DNA of 64,000 nt from Mustelus asterias (taxonomy: Eukaryota), in NCBI RefSeq assembly GCF_964213995.1, contig NC_135825.1, positions 11,966,001-12,030,000 of the forward strand. Reading direction: 5' to 3'. Below are positions 46,306 through 59,724 of this stretch, one piece after another. The notes under the pieces are model-generated. The model saw nothing but the letters and a program-made list of their open reading frames with translations, was not told where the DNA came from and ran no database searches. Made by a program: the position numbers and the translations under genes. Positions within the stretch are counted from its first letter, which is position 1. The number at the start of each line of letters is the position of its first letter.

Positions 46306-48594
46306 TGTTATCTTGGCAATGTTTCGATCAGTATTTATCGTCTGTCACCCAGCTCTTTGTTGAGATGTTGAAAGGCGGATCCAATAAACTCTGATACGGA
46401 ATTGAAATAAGATTGAAGAAAGCAGCAAGCCAGGCCTCAGGAAATTCCAGCCTTCAGAAAGCTCCAGGACGGAGGTCCCAGCTGGCCATTGCTATCACTG
46501 GTTGTGCCAGCTCTAACGATCCCCTTTAGCTGCTGATCTCCTTGTTCCAGCAGGCACAGCTCTACATCTGCCTCTTTGGTGACCTGTGGACGGTTACTGT
46601 CCGGCTTTGATAGTGTCGCTTAGTGTGGTTGTTGATATCATGGGAGGTGTGATTCACCCTGACACTTCCTGCACTGTTGCTGAAAACAGAAACGCCCAGA
46701 ATTTGCTGAAAATACCACAGTGTGTAAACTGGCCAATGAACTGAGACAATGAAGAGATATCAAACTCATTACAAGTTATTGGCTGCTTTTTACGCCTCCT
46801 CCATTAGCTTTGAGAAAATGGTGGATCTTTCTTAAACCCGCCCTGACTTTGATGAAATTGTGACATTTACCAAATAAATACCAAATAAACAGGCCACAGA
46901 ATGTTCAGTCTCGTAACATCAGCCTCCCTGGCCCAGAATGTGAACAATTATAAACTCTGGAGTTTCACTCTCTCCTGGATTGAATAATTGACCTGGATTT
47001 TCCAATGAGAGGAACGGCGAAGGTTAACAAACATTCACTGTTATTATGGAGTAAATGAGGCGGTAAAGAGGGTGCGCATGTGCAATTAAATTCAGAAATG
47101 TACAAGTTGTGGCTCTAATTCCCCAGTTACCCCAGAGGCTGTGCTATGCTTGTACCTCACCGACAGAGGGAGCATGGTTTTCAAATCTAGCCGGTTCCTT
47201 GACTCCTGTTGGAGCTGCACTCATCCAGTGAAGTGGAGAATATTCCATCACACTCCTGACTTGTGCCTTGCAGATGGTGGACAGGACTTAGAGAGTCAGG
47301 AGGTGAGTTACTTGCTGAAGCATTCACAGCCTCGGACCCGCTTTTGTATAAATAGTATTTATATGGCTGATCCAGTTCAGTTTCTGGTCAACAGTAACTC
47401 CCAGGATGTTGATAGTGTGGGATGTAGCAATGATAATGCCACTGAATGACCGGGGAAGGTGCTTAGGTTATAACGATTTTGACATGGTGTAAGGTTCTCC
47501 AGACACGTCTGCGGTTCAACCCATTGTGAGCGAGAATGGAAAATTTGGCGTTCCAGCCCAAACTTCTTTCAGTGTCAGCGGCAGTGGTAAAACTCCAGCC
47601 GCGAAAGAGGACAGAAGATTTTGCCCATGGTTTATGTCTGAGAATTAGGTGGTGCTGATGTCACTTGGCATTCATCAGTACATATCTTAGTGCTGTCCAG
47701 ATCTTGCTCCATATATGGACACAGACTTTTCTAGTATCTGAAAATTGCTGAATGGTTCTGAACATTCTGCAACCACCAGTCGACATCTTCACATCTGGCC
47801 AGATGCTGAAGGGAAGGATTATGGGCAAGATTGAGGATCTGGGATGGAGCTTGACTCTTGTTCACTGAGTCAGCTCTGGAACAATGAGGTGAATTAATTC
47901 CTTCTATTCTGCCGTGTCTAGGTTTCTGATACACACTCACTGATGCCTCTCTCTGGGGTAACTTGTCCGCACCATGGTGTAGCTGCTATGATCCCTGGTC
48001 ATTCCTTCTTCACCCTGAATCATCTGGTGTTCAAGGAATGTAGCAACACCCGTGCTGTTTGCCTGTGACAAATTCTGTATCAATGCTGATCTTCTCGCTG
48101 CTGCAAACACAGCTCTGCATTTGGTATCTGACACCTATTGTACATTCACAGGGTTTCTATCTCACACCACCCTGAGGACAGCAACACATTTTTCTTGCAG
48201 TTTCAAACCATGAACATTGCAAGTTGCAGCAAACATAAACCCACATTTATTTCCAATGTCAATCTCTCTCTTTGCCTTTCTCATCAACCGTTAAAGAATT
48301 TGAGGAGTTAATGGAATATTGCTGTAAATTGGTGCTTATTTAGGATGGAGTCGTCACTCACAGAATTCTATACTCAATAAAAAATGATCAAACATTGGAA
48401 CCATTTGGAAAATTCAGAACTCTTGAGTACAATCTGTTACACGTGGGTAAGAACTTCACTCTGAGTAAATCTAAAGTTAGAACTCTCATTGACCACAGCC
48501 TTGGGTGGAGAAACACGTTCATTTTTTATTATTAACTCATTCGTGGAATCAACAACAACAGCAATAACTTGTTCTTTTTAAAGGGCCTTTCACT

Positions 48595-48905
48595 CATAGA
48601 ATTTTGCAGTGCAGATGGAGGCCATTCGGTCCATCGCGCCGACACAATGCCACCCAGATCCTATCCCCATAACTCCACATATTTACCCTGCTGATCCCCT
48701 GACACAATGGAGCAATTTAACATGGGCAATGAATCTAACCTTCACATCTTTGGATTGTGGGATGAAACCGGAGCGCCTGGAGGAAATTCACACAGACCAC
48801 GGGGAGGAAATTGTGCAAACTCCACACTGCCAGTCACCCAAGTTCGGAATTGAACCTGGGCACCTGGCACTGTGAGGCAGCAGTGCTAACCACTGTGCCA
48901 CCATA
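48595..48905 (-). mobile_element. HE1-type SINE shared by both arms
   Basis: Mirror at about 51301-51612. Confidence 0.8.
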
Positions 48906-49229
48906 TTGCCCGGTAAAACCTCCTCAGGCATTTTATGACATCAGACAAGTGTTGTTGCTGAGGCAAAGATTAGATCAAAGAGACTGGTCAGTTTTAGGGA
49001 GAGGTTGCTGGAGTTTTCAATCTCGACAATTGGAAACAGGAGGGACTAGGAGGAAGGGTCTGAGAGTCTGAGAGTTGGCACTCAGCCTCTGCAACAACAT
49101 CATTACACTTCATCGCAGGTCAAGGCTGCTCCCACAACAATTTTAAAGGAAATATGTGGTCTGCAAAAGAGGAAGTGAAACCACTTGTAATAACTCAGAA
49201 AGCCACTGGAAAGGCATGGTGTTTTATTT

Positions 49230-50260
49230 CACAAAGCAGAAGTGAAACCACAAGCCTGCGGTGCAGGTACACAAGTGCCAGCCGCCTTCATCTTTTTCCT
49301 GCGTCTTCTTTCCATTTCGTACTCTGCCTGGACAGGTGAGCTATACCGGGTCCGTGAGCGTCTCTTTCTGGATGACCGCCAATCTATCACTGGAGGCGTC
49401 TCACTCTTAGCAACAACCTCTCGCTGAGGTTCTGCTCCCTTTGTTTCCATTTCAGAGGTGGAGCTCTCGTAGGCAGTCTTTGAGCCTCCAGTTGGTTGGG
49501 TTCCTTCACTGCCTCTTGTTGTAGCTGGTGTCCCAGATGGTATTCCCGCTGTGTTAGTTGTTTCTGTCAACAGTTCCCGACAGCGCAGGTGGTCAACATG
49601 TTTCCTTAAGATCTTATCCCAGACTTTTCCCGTATAAGACAATAAAAGGATCGTCCCTGGTGTCCATGGGTTCATAGAATCATAGAAACCCTACAGGGCA
49701 GAAGGAGGCCATTAGGCCCATCGAGTCTGCACCGACCACAATCCCACCCAGGCCCTACCCCCACATATTTTACCCGCTAATCCCTCTAACCTATGCATCC
49801 CAGGACTCTAAGGGGCAATTTTTTTAACCTGGCCAATCAACCTAACCCGCACATCTTTGGATTGTGGGAGGAAACCGGAGCACCCGGAGGAAACCCACGC
49901 AGACACGAGGAGAATGTGCAAACTCCACACAGACAGTGACCCGAGCCGGGAATCGAACCCGGGACCCTGGAGCTGTGAAGCAGCAGTGCTAACCACTGTG
50001 CTACCGTGCCACCCAGGGTTCTGTCTTCAAAATGTCAGATCTGGATGGTGTCTCCTGGTGAAAAACTCCACCAGGTTTACGTCCACCGTGGCCCCTTTTT
50101 GGGGCTTCTTGCTTTTCTTCAATTCTTCCACTTAAATTCGGGAAGGTGAGGCTTAGCCTGGTCTGCAGGTGTCCGCCCATGAGGAGTTCTGCTGGGGTTA
50201 ACCCCGTCATTATGTGTGGTGTTATCCTGTAATTAAAAAGGAATCTGCTTGAGACTTTCA
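49230..50260 (-). mobile_element. Gypsy integrase C-terminal relic in the palindrome spacer, split by a young SINE (49674-50015)
   Basis: RFLFNYRITPH..TGLTPAELLMG and RKHVDHLR; SINE flanked by GGGTTC repeats. Confidence 0.75.
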
Positions 50261-53200
50261 ATGGGATTATATGATGTGGTGGAAGCCATCAGGTGTACAT
50301 CAATCCACTTGGAGTGTCCTCGATTAGTATCAGACACATTGGGCCCATAAATGGTCTTGAAAATCCCCATGCACACAAACCCATAGTCTCCTTGGTCAGT
50401 CCCAGGGGTGCAGGGAGGCTAGTGATGGGGTCCTCTGCTTATCTTGGCACATTCTGCATGTTTTAAACATCTTCTCTACTTCCCCATCTCTGTCAGGCTA
50501 CCAAACATAGCTTCTCGGTAACATTTTCATTTTTCAGGTCCCCAGATGGCCGTTATGTGGCTCTTGGGGAATCGACCTTTGGGAGGGATATGAGAAAGCT
50601 ATCCAGCTTACAATGCCTTGTTCGATACTTAGTTCCTGGTATTTTCTTGCATATGGTTTTAAGTCTTGAGACCGCTGAGTATTTGGCATAAATGATTTAG
50701 CGACCCAAAGGTGGCTGTTCACCTGGAGGAAACCCCCCACAGACATGGGGAGAATGTGCAGACTCCGCACAGACAGTGACCCAAGCCATGCTAAATTGCC
50801 CCTTAGTGTTCCAGGATGTATAGGTTAGAGGCATTAGGAGGGTAACGGGGATAAGGCCTAGGTGGGATTGCTGTTGGTGCAGACTTGAATGGCCTCCTTT
50901 TGCACAGTAGGGTTCCTATGATTCTATGATTATTCCACATCGTACATAACAGATTGTTGTGATACCTGTCGGGTGCCCTTCCTTCATGTGTATGAATTCA
51001 TTGAGTGGTTCCCAATATCAAATCAACTCAACATTAAATTCTCATTCTCCTATTCCAATTTCTCCATGGTCTCATCAGCCCCTATCTTTACAAATGTTTC
51101 TGCAAATCTTGTGTTTCCCCCAACCGTGGCTTCTCGTATATATCCAATTCTTCACCACACCGCTGACAGTAATGTTTCCAATTGTCTCGATGCAAAACTC
51201 CAGCAACCTCTCCCTAAAACTGACCAGTCTCTTTGATCTAATCTTTGCCTCAGCAACAACACTTGTCTGATGTCATAAAATGCCTGAGGAGGTTTTACCG
51301 GGCAGTATGGTGGCACAGTGGTTAGCACTGCTGCCTCACAGTGCCAGGTGCCCAGGTTCAATTCCGAACTTGGGTGACTGGCAGTGTGGAGTTTGCACAA
51401 TGTCCTCCCCGTGGTCTGTGTGAATTTCCTCCAGGCGCTCCGGTTTCATCCCACAATCCAAAGATGTGAAGGTTAGATTCATTGCCCATGTTAAATTGCT
51501 CCATTGTGTCAGGGGATTAGCAGGGTAAATATGTGGAGTTATGGGGAAAGGATCTGGATGGCATTGTGTCGGCGTGATGGACCGAATGGCCTCCATCTGC
51601 ACTGTAGGATTCGATGAGTGAAAGGCCCTTTAAAAAGAACAAGTTATTGCTGTTGTTGTTGATTCCACGAATGAGTTAATAATAAAAAATAAACATGTTT
51701 CTCCACCCAAGGCTGTGGTCAATGAGAGTTCTAACTTTAGATTTACTCAGAGTGAAGTTCTTACCCACGTGTAACAGATTGTACTCAGAGTTCTGAATTT
51801 TCCAAATGGTTCCAATGTTTGATCATTTTTTGTTGAGTATAGAATTTTGTGAGTGACGGCTCCATCCTAAATAAGCACCAATTTACAGCAATATTCCATT
51901 AACTCCTCAAATTCTTTAACGGTTGATGAGAATGGCAAAGAGAGAGATTGACATTGGAAATAAATGTGGGTTGATGTTTGCTGCAATTTACAATGTTCAT
52001 GGTTTGAAACTGCAAGAAAAATGTGTTGCTATCCTCCGGGTGGTGTGAGATAGAAACCCTGTGAATGTACAATAGGTGTCAGATACCAAATGCAGAGCTG
52101 TGTTTGCAGCAGTGAGAAGATCAGCATTGACACAGAATTTGTCACAGGCAAACAGCATGGGGGTTGCTACATTTCTTGACCATCAGATGATGCAGGGTGA
52201 AGAAGGAATGACCAGGGATCATATCAGCTACACCATGGTGCGGACAAGTTACCCCAGAGAGAGGCATCAGGGAGTGTGTATTAGAAACCTAGACACGACA
52301 GAATAGAAGGAATTAATTCAGCTCATTGTTCTGGAGCTGACTCACTGAACAATAGTCAAGCTCCATCCCAGATCCTCAATTTTGCCCATAATCCTTCCCT
52401 TCAGCATCTGGCCAGATGTGAAGATGTTGACTGGAGGTTGCACAATGTTCAGAACCATTCAGCAATTTTCAGATCCTGGAAAAGTCTGTGTCCATATATG
52501 GAGCAAGATCTGGACAGCACTAAGATATGTACTGATGAATGCCAAGTGACATCAGCATCACCTAATTCTCAGACATAAACCATGGGCAAAATCTTCTGTC
52601 CTCTTTCGCGGCTGGGATTTTCCACTGCCGCTGACAGTGAATGGAGTTTGGGCTGGAAGGCCAAATTTTCCATTCTCGTTCACAACGAGTTGAACCACGG
52701 GTCTGGAGAATCTTACCCCATGTCCAAATGGATATAATCTAACCACTTTCCCTGGTCATTCAGTGGCATTATCATTGCTACATCCCCCACTATCAACATC
52801 CTGGGGGTTACTGTTGACCAGAAACTGAACTGGATCAGCCATATAAATACTATTTATACAAAAGCGGGTCCGAGGCTGTGAATGCTTCAGCAAGTAACTC
52901 ACCTCCTGACTCTCTAAGTCCTGTCCACCATCTGCGAGGCACAAGTCAGGAGTGTGATGGAATATTCTCCACTTCACTGGATGAGTGCAGCTCCAACAGG
53001 AGTCAAGAAACCGGCTAGATTTGAAAACCATGCTCCCTCTGTCGGTGAGGTACCAGCATAGCACAGCCTCTGGGGTAACTGGGGAATTAGGGCCACAACT
53101 TGTACATTTCTGAATTTAATTGCACATGCGCACCCTCTTTACCGCCTCATTTACTCCATAATAACAGTGAATGTTTGTTAACCTTCGCCATTCCTCTCAT

Positions 53201-53899
53201 TGGAAAATCCAGGTCAATTATTCAATCCAGGAGAGAGTGAAACTCCAGAGTTTATAATTGTTCACATTCTGGGCCAGGGAGGCTGATGTTACGAAACTGA
53301 ACATTCTGTGGCCTGTTTATTTGGTATTTATTTGGTAAATGTCACAATTTCATCAAAGTAAGGGCGGGTTTAAGAAAGATCCACCATTTTCTCAAAGCTA
53401 ATGGAGGAGGCGTAAAAAGCAGCCAATAACTTGTAATTAGTTTGATATCTCTTCATTGTCTCAGTTCATTGGCCAGTTTACACACTGTGGTACTTTCAGC
53501 AAATTCTGGGCCTTTCTGTTTTCAGCAATAGTGCAGGGAGTGTCAGGGTGAATCACACCTCCCATGATATCAACAACCACACTGAGCGACACTATCAAAG
53601 CCGGACAGTAACTGTCCACAGGTCACCAAAGGTGCAGATGTAGAGCTGTGCCTGCTGGAACAAGGAGATCAGCAGCTTAAGGGGATCTTTAGAGCTGGCA
53701 CAACCAGTGATAGCAGTGGCCAGCTGGGACATCCGTCCTGGAGCTTTCTGAAGGGTGGAATTTCCTGAGGCCTGGCTTGCTGCTTTCTTCAATCTTATTT
53801 CAATTCCGTATCAGAGTTTATTGGATCCGCCTTTCAACATCTCAACAAAGAGCTGGGTGACAGACGATAAATACTGATCGAAACATTGCCAAGATAACA

Positions 53900-53936
53900 A
53901 TGTGGATTCTGATTCTTTTCATCTTTTCTCTGCCTG
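53900..53936 (+). CDS. Paralog B exon 1, leader MWILILFIFSLP
   Basis: Same as the gene A leader; donor G|gtgagt. Confidence 0.85.
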
Positions 53937-54401
53937 GTGAGTAAGGGACAAAAATGGATCCCGAGATTGATGAGTGTTGGATTAAGTCTAGTGCATGGTT
54001 TATACCGCAGAGATATTTAAATACTTGGAGACATGCAAAGCTACAAAAACTCAGCAAAAATAAATTCATGAATTTGTATGATATTTGTAGCTATTTTGTT
54101 GATAGTATTGTACCACAGAAATATTTACCCAGCAAATAATAAACGGCATTATTGATTGTGAATATAAATTAACCTATTTATTTTTGTTAAAAAGCTACAT
54201 GATTAATCGAATTAAAATGCAGAATCAGCACATTTCAGTCCAGTAAAAGTTAACTTGTTAATGTAGTTTCATGCTCAATATATCCTGGAGACTGGAGGGT
54301 TTGATTGGCTCAGTTGTTTGGAGTGCAATTCGGAATGATTCCAATGGCAGGGGTTCAATCCTCAGAGCGGCTGCGGTAGTTTATGGAAATCTGCCTCCTC
54401 A

Positions 54402-54673
54402 TGATGTGGCTGTCCTGTCTGGAGACAATACACATCTCTTTAACCTGTGCTTAATGCTCCCCCCACCCACATTGTCTGTATCTTTAAGATCTTGTTGGCT
54501 GTAGGGATTCGCATTCTAATCAGTGTTCTGTAACATGATTTTGTGTCGCTGTGCACTGTTTGAGAGCGCATTTCCACTCCATCTGATGAAGGAGCAGCGC
54601 TCCGAAAGCGAATGGTATTTGCTACCAAATAAATCTGTTGGACTTTAACCTGGTGTTGTTAAAACTCTTACTG
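54402..54673 (+). mobile_element. Penelope-like 3' fragment, right arm only, with a hammerhead-like motif at 54579-54615
   Basis: TSD-like TCCTCA; ccat-CTGATGA-a-GGAGC a GCGCTCC-type stem-GAAA-gcga-atgg (helix III appears mutated). Confidence 0.8.
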
Positions 54674-56160
54674 TCCTCACCTTTCCCCATTCCTGCCCCC
54701 CACACTAAATGTAACCAATTATCTCTCCCTAATGTTGAGAGATGCCTGTGATCCATTGCAGATTATTGCTCATTGAATTGACTCTGAAGACTGCAGAGGC
54801 AACAAAGGCTCCAGGAAAATATTCCTCAAGTTTGCAATTGTTTCTATTATTTAAATTGCATCTCTGTCAGTGAGTCTGTTTCATAGAATCCCTACAGTGC
54901 ACAAGGAGGCCATTCGGCCCATTGAGTCTGCATCAAAGAGCGTGTTACCCATGCCCGTCACGCCACATATTTACCTCATTAATTTTCGTAACCTATACAT
55001 CTTGGGACAACAAGGCTCAATTTAGCATGGCCAATCAACCTAACCTGAACATCTTTGCAGTGTGGGAGGAAACTGGAGTACCCAGAGGAAACCCACACAT
55101 ATATGGGGAGAAGGTGCAAACTCCACACAGACAGTCAGCCGAGGCTGGAATTGAACCCGGGTCCTTGGCGCAGTGACGTAGCAGTGCTCATCACTGTGTC
55201 AATGTGCCGCCCAATCACTTGTACATGCTTCATCTGCTTTGTCCATCCAAGATGTAGTCTTTTTCTTCTCATTTTTTGACATTTAACAAAGTAAATCTAA
55301 ATTTTGACACCAGCCCCATACTAAACTGATGCTATTATGCTGTCTGCGATGGAATTTGTGATTCATACTGCCACCTCTCCTCCTCAAGATCAACATTAGA
55401 AATAGGAGCAGGAGTTGGCCATATGTCCCTTTGAGCCTGCTCCATCATTCAACAACATCCTAACTGATCTACAACCTCAATTCTTATTTCCTGCACCATC
55501 CCCATATCCCTCGATTATGTTGGTGCCAAAAAATTGTATAAATCTCTGTGTTTACTATCCTTCAAGACTGGACATCTGAAGATGTCTGGGGCAGAGAATG
55601 TCAAAAATGCGCAACACCTTGAGTGAATAGAAATCTCCTCATCTCATCCTTTGTGTCTCTCACTTTATTCCAAGAATGTGATCCTGTGATGCAGAATGCC
55701 CAGCCCTGGTAGGGTGGTACATATATGCTCAAAATGTATCCTGTCAAGCTCCTTCAGAATTGTACACATTTCAATTCAATCACCTCTGATTCTTCCAACT
55801 GACAGGAAATATGCACCTTGTGGACTCAACCTGTTCCCATCCCATCCCCTTATCCCAGGAACCAGTCTTGGGAATCTTCATTGCACTTTTTCCCTGAGTA
55901 ATGTGTCATTCCTGGTGCACTGACCTGTGGGGCAGACTGAGGCCCAGATTGCCGTCCCTGGGCCGTGTTCACTGAGTCGGGAAAGGCATTAAAAAATGAG
56001 TCGGGACGGGTGACCCGGGAACAAATCCACAGGCTGCTCAGCCCGGAGGTGAGCTGGACACAAGGCCTGTTTCTTTGCCCCAGCGCCATGGTTAATAAAT
56101 AAAATAATTTAAACAACTGAATAATCACTCCATCCCTGACCGCTTACCAGAGTTTGCCCC

Positions 56161-56557
56161 AAAAAGTAACTTTCCCCTCCCATAGAGTAACTTTCCTTTC
56201 CCAAAGAGTACCTTTCCCCTCCTAAAGAGTAACTTTCCCATCCCAAAGAGTAAATTTCCCCTCCTAAAGAGTAACTTTCCTTTCCCAAAGAGTAACGTTC
56301 CCCTCCTAAAGAGTAACTTTCCTTTCCCAAAGAGTAACTTTCCCCTCCCAAAGAGTAACTTTCCCCTCCTAAAGAGTAATTTTCCTTTCCCAAAGAGTAA
56401 TGTTCCCCTCCTAAAGAGTAACTTTCTTTTCCCAAAGAGTAACTTTCCCCTCCTAAAGAGTAACTTTGCTCCACAAAGAGTAACTTTCCTCTCCCAAAGA
56501 GTAACTTTCCTCTCCCAAAGAGTATCTTTCCCCTCCCAAAGAGTAACTTCCCTCTCC
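56161..56557. repeat. 21-bp minisatellite, 19 units (AAAGAGTAACTTTCCCCTCCC variants)
   Basis: Counted directly; only about 2 units at the mirror site 42981-43025. Confidence 0.95.
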
Positions 56558-56894
56558 AGAAGATGTACCCTGGCTGTCCATAAGAACCCACCAAGTCCAA
56601 AGATGTGCGGGTTAGGTTGATTGCCCAAGCTAAATTGCCCCTGAGTGTCCCAGGATGCGTAGATTAAAGGGTTTAGCGGGTAAATATGTAGGGATATGGG
56701 GATAGGGCCTGGGTGGGATTGTTGTCGGCGCAGACTCAGTGGGCCGAATGGCCTCTTTCTGTACTGTAGGGGTTCTATGGTTCTATGGTTCTAAGTTCAG
56801 ACCTTCTCTTAACTGTTCTAATCTGCACATTCCGGATTCCACACTCCTGTTCATCCAAAATCCCACTTCAGTCGAGGCAGATGTTGAATTTAAT

Positions 56895-57225
56895 CATCGA
56901 AACCCTACAGTGCAGAAGGAGGCCATTCGGCCCATCGAGTCTGCACCGAACACAATCCCACCCAGGCCCTACCCCCACATATTTACCTGCTAATCCCTCT
57001 AACCTACGCATCCCAGGACTCTAAGGGACAATTTTTAACCTGGCCAATCAACCTAACCCGCACATCTTTGGACTGTGGGAGGAAACCGGAGCACCCGGAG
57101 GAAACCCACGCAGACACGAGGAGAATGTGCAAACTCCACACAGACAGTGACCCGAGCCGGGAATCGAACCCGGGACCCTGGAGCTGTGAAGCAGCAGTGC
57201 TAACCACTGTGCTACCGTGCCGCCC
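56895..57225 (-). mobile_element. Young HE1-type SINE, right arm only
   Basis: TTAAT direct repeats; empty site near 42460. Confidence 0.88.
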
Positions 57226-57794
57226 TTAATGACAATCCGCCTCCACGAATCGCGTATTTGGAATGCCAGCCCGATTCCAGTCCCACTCCCACTCTTAGGA
57301 CTTGGAAATTCCGACCATTCCTGGGATTTTCTCCATGACAGGGAGCCTCCAGACCTGGGTGTTAGATGAACCTTTCACCTGAAAGACATCACCGAGCTCT
57401 GTGAACATGACTGGGGGCAGGAAAATCTGAGCCATCTTGTCCCTCAGTATTACACTGGAAGGTTAGTGTAGATTTTCTACTCCAGTCTCTGGAGTGGGAC
57501 CTGACCCTGCAATCCACCCATTCAGAGGCACCAGTGCAAAGCTTGAGTGACAAGGTGACACAATAACAATGGCCACTGTACATTAACAAGAAATCATTGT
57601 CAGTGAAGTACTTTGGCACTGACAGCACGGCTCTATATTCATGTTTTCATTCATCACAAACTAGAAAGAGAATGATGAATACAGATATTGGAGAGTTTCC
57701 TCTGTACACAGTGGTAAATCTTATGAAAATGTTTCTCTCTGCATTAAGCAGTTATTTACTTGGTCAATTGCTGAAATGTTGTCTCCTCAGTTTC

Positions 57795-59402
57795 TGAGTT
57801 TCAGTAAACAGAAGCTCAGAATCTGAAGCTCAGTAAACCGAAGGTCGATAAGTCCCCTGGGCCTGATGAAATATATCCTAGGATTCTTTGGGAGGCAAGG
57901 GATGAGATTGCAGAGCCTTTGTACTTGATCTTTGGGTCCTCACTGTCCACGGGGATGGTGCCAGAGGACTGGAGAGTGGCGAATGTTGTTCCTCTGTTTA
58001 AGAAAGGGAATAGAAATGACCCTGGTAATTATAGACCGGTTAGTCTTACTTCGTTGGTTGGTAAATTGATGGAAAAGGTCCTTAGGGATGGGATTTACGA
58101 CCATTTAGAAAGATGCGGATTAATCCGGGATAGTCAGCACGGATTCGTGAAGGGCAAGTCATGCCTCACAAATTTGATTGAATTTTTTGAGGTGGTAACT
58201 AAGTGTGTTGATGAAGGTAGGGCAGTTGATGTCATATACATGGATTTTAGTAAGGCGTTTGATAAGGTCCCCCATGGTCGGCTTATGATGAAAGTAAGGA
58301 GGTGTGGGATAGAGGGAAAGTTGGCCAATTGGATGGGTAACTGGCTATCTGATCTAAGACAGATGGTGGTGGTGGATGGAAAATTTTCGGACTGGAGGCA
58401 GGTTGCTAGCGGAGTGCCACAGGGATCAGTGCTTGGTCCTCTGCTCTTTGTGATTTTTATTAATGACTTAGAGGAGGGGGCTGAAGGGTGGATCAGTAAA
58501 TTTGCTGATGACACCAAGATTGGTGGAGTAGTGGATGAGGTGGAGGGCTGTTGTAGGCTGCAAAGAGACATAGATAGGATGCAAAGCTGGGCTGAAAAAT
58601 GGCAAATGGAGTTTAACCCTGATAAATGTGAGGTGATTCATTTTGGTAGGACTGATTTAAATGTGGATTACAGGGTCAAAGGTAGGGTTCTGAAGACTGT
58701 GGAGGAACAGAGAGATCTTGGGGTCCATATCCACAGATCTCTAAAGGTTGCCACTCAAGTGGATAGAGCTGTGAAGAAGGCCTATAGTGTGTTAGCTTTT
58801 ATTAACAGGGGGTTGGAGTTTAAGAGCCGTGGGGTTATGCTGCAACTGTACAGGACCTTGGTGAGACCACATTTGGAATATTGTGTGCAGTTCTGGTCAC
58901 CTCACTCTAAGAAGGATGTGGAAGCGCTGGAAAGGGTGCAGAGGAGATTTACCAGGATGCTGCTTGGTTTGGAGGGTAGGTCTTATGAGGAAAGGTTGAG
59001 GGAGCTAGGGCTGTTCTCTCTGGAGCGGAGGAGGCTGAGGGGAGACTTAATAGAGGTTTATAAAATGATGAAGGGTATAGATAGAGTGAACGTTCAAAGA
59101 CTATTTCCTCGGGTGGATGGAGCTATTACAAGGGGGCATAACTATAGGGTTCATGGTGAGAGATATAGGAAGGATATCAGAGGTAGGTTCTTTACGCAGA
59201 GAGTGGTTGGGGTGTGGAATGGACTGCCTGCAGTGATAGTGGAGCCAGACACTTTAGGAACATTTAAGCGGTTATTGGATAGGCACATGGAGCACACCAG
59301 GATGATAGGGAGTGGGATAGCTTGATCTTGGTTTCAGATAAAGCTCGGCACAACATCGTGGGATGAAGGGCCTCTTCTGTGCTGTACTGTGCTATGTTCT
59401 AT
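57795..59402 (+). mobile_element. 5'-truncated CR1 LINE inserted 4 nt into paralog B exon 2
   Basis: Open 468-aa RT ORF at 57919-59325; GTTTC duplicated at 57790-57794 and 59403-59407; absent in gene A. Confidence 0.93.
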
Positions 59403-59409
59403 GTTTCAG

Positions 59410-59724
59410 GTGCATTGTGGGCAGAAATGAAAGTCACAAGAATTGTGGGAAGATCGTTCTCAATAAATTGCAGTTATGATGGAAAATACAAACAAAACGT
59501 GAAATATTGGTGTCACGGTTGGACTGAACGGTGCTCACATTTAGTGAGAACGGATGATCCAAATGGATGGCGAGGGAGAATGTCGATCACAGATAACAAG
59601 GCACAAGGAATATTTGTTGTTACGATGAAGGATCTTCGCTCAGGAGATGCAGGATTGTATCGCTGTGGAATTGATACACCTGGCCTTGATCCAAAGTTTT
59701 TGTTGGAGCTGCAAATATCTTACA
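59410..59724 (+). CDS. Paralog B exon 2, V domain (predicted new acceptor)
   Basis: GALWAEMKVTRIVGRSFSINC...KYWCHGWTERC...DAGLYRCGI; open frame; weak donor A|gtatat. Confidence 0.75.

Larger units (their letters stand above)
37328..49038. repeat. Left arm of a large inverted duplication (portion mirrored within the window)
   Basis: Reverse complement of 51173-64000; mirrored ORFs, e.g. 47141/52756, 39893/61164, 38409/62007. Confidence 0.97.

Noticed and set aside
56109-56628. CRISPR array or repeat-protein gene
   Set aside because: Contiguous 21-bp tandem units without unique spacers in a vertebrate intron; the ORFs arise because the unit is a multiple of 3.
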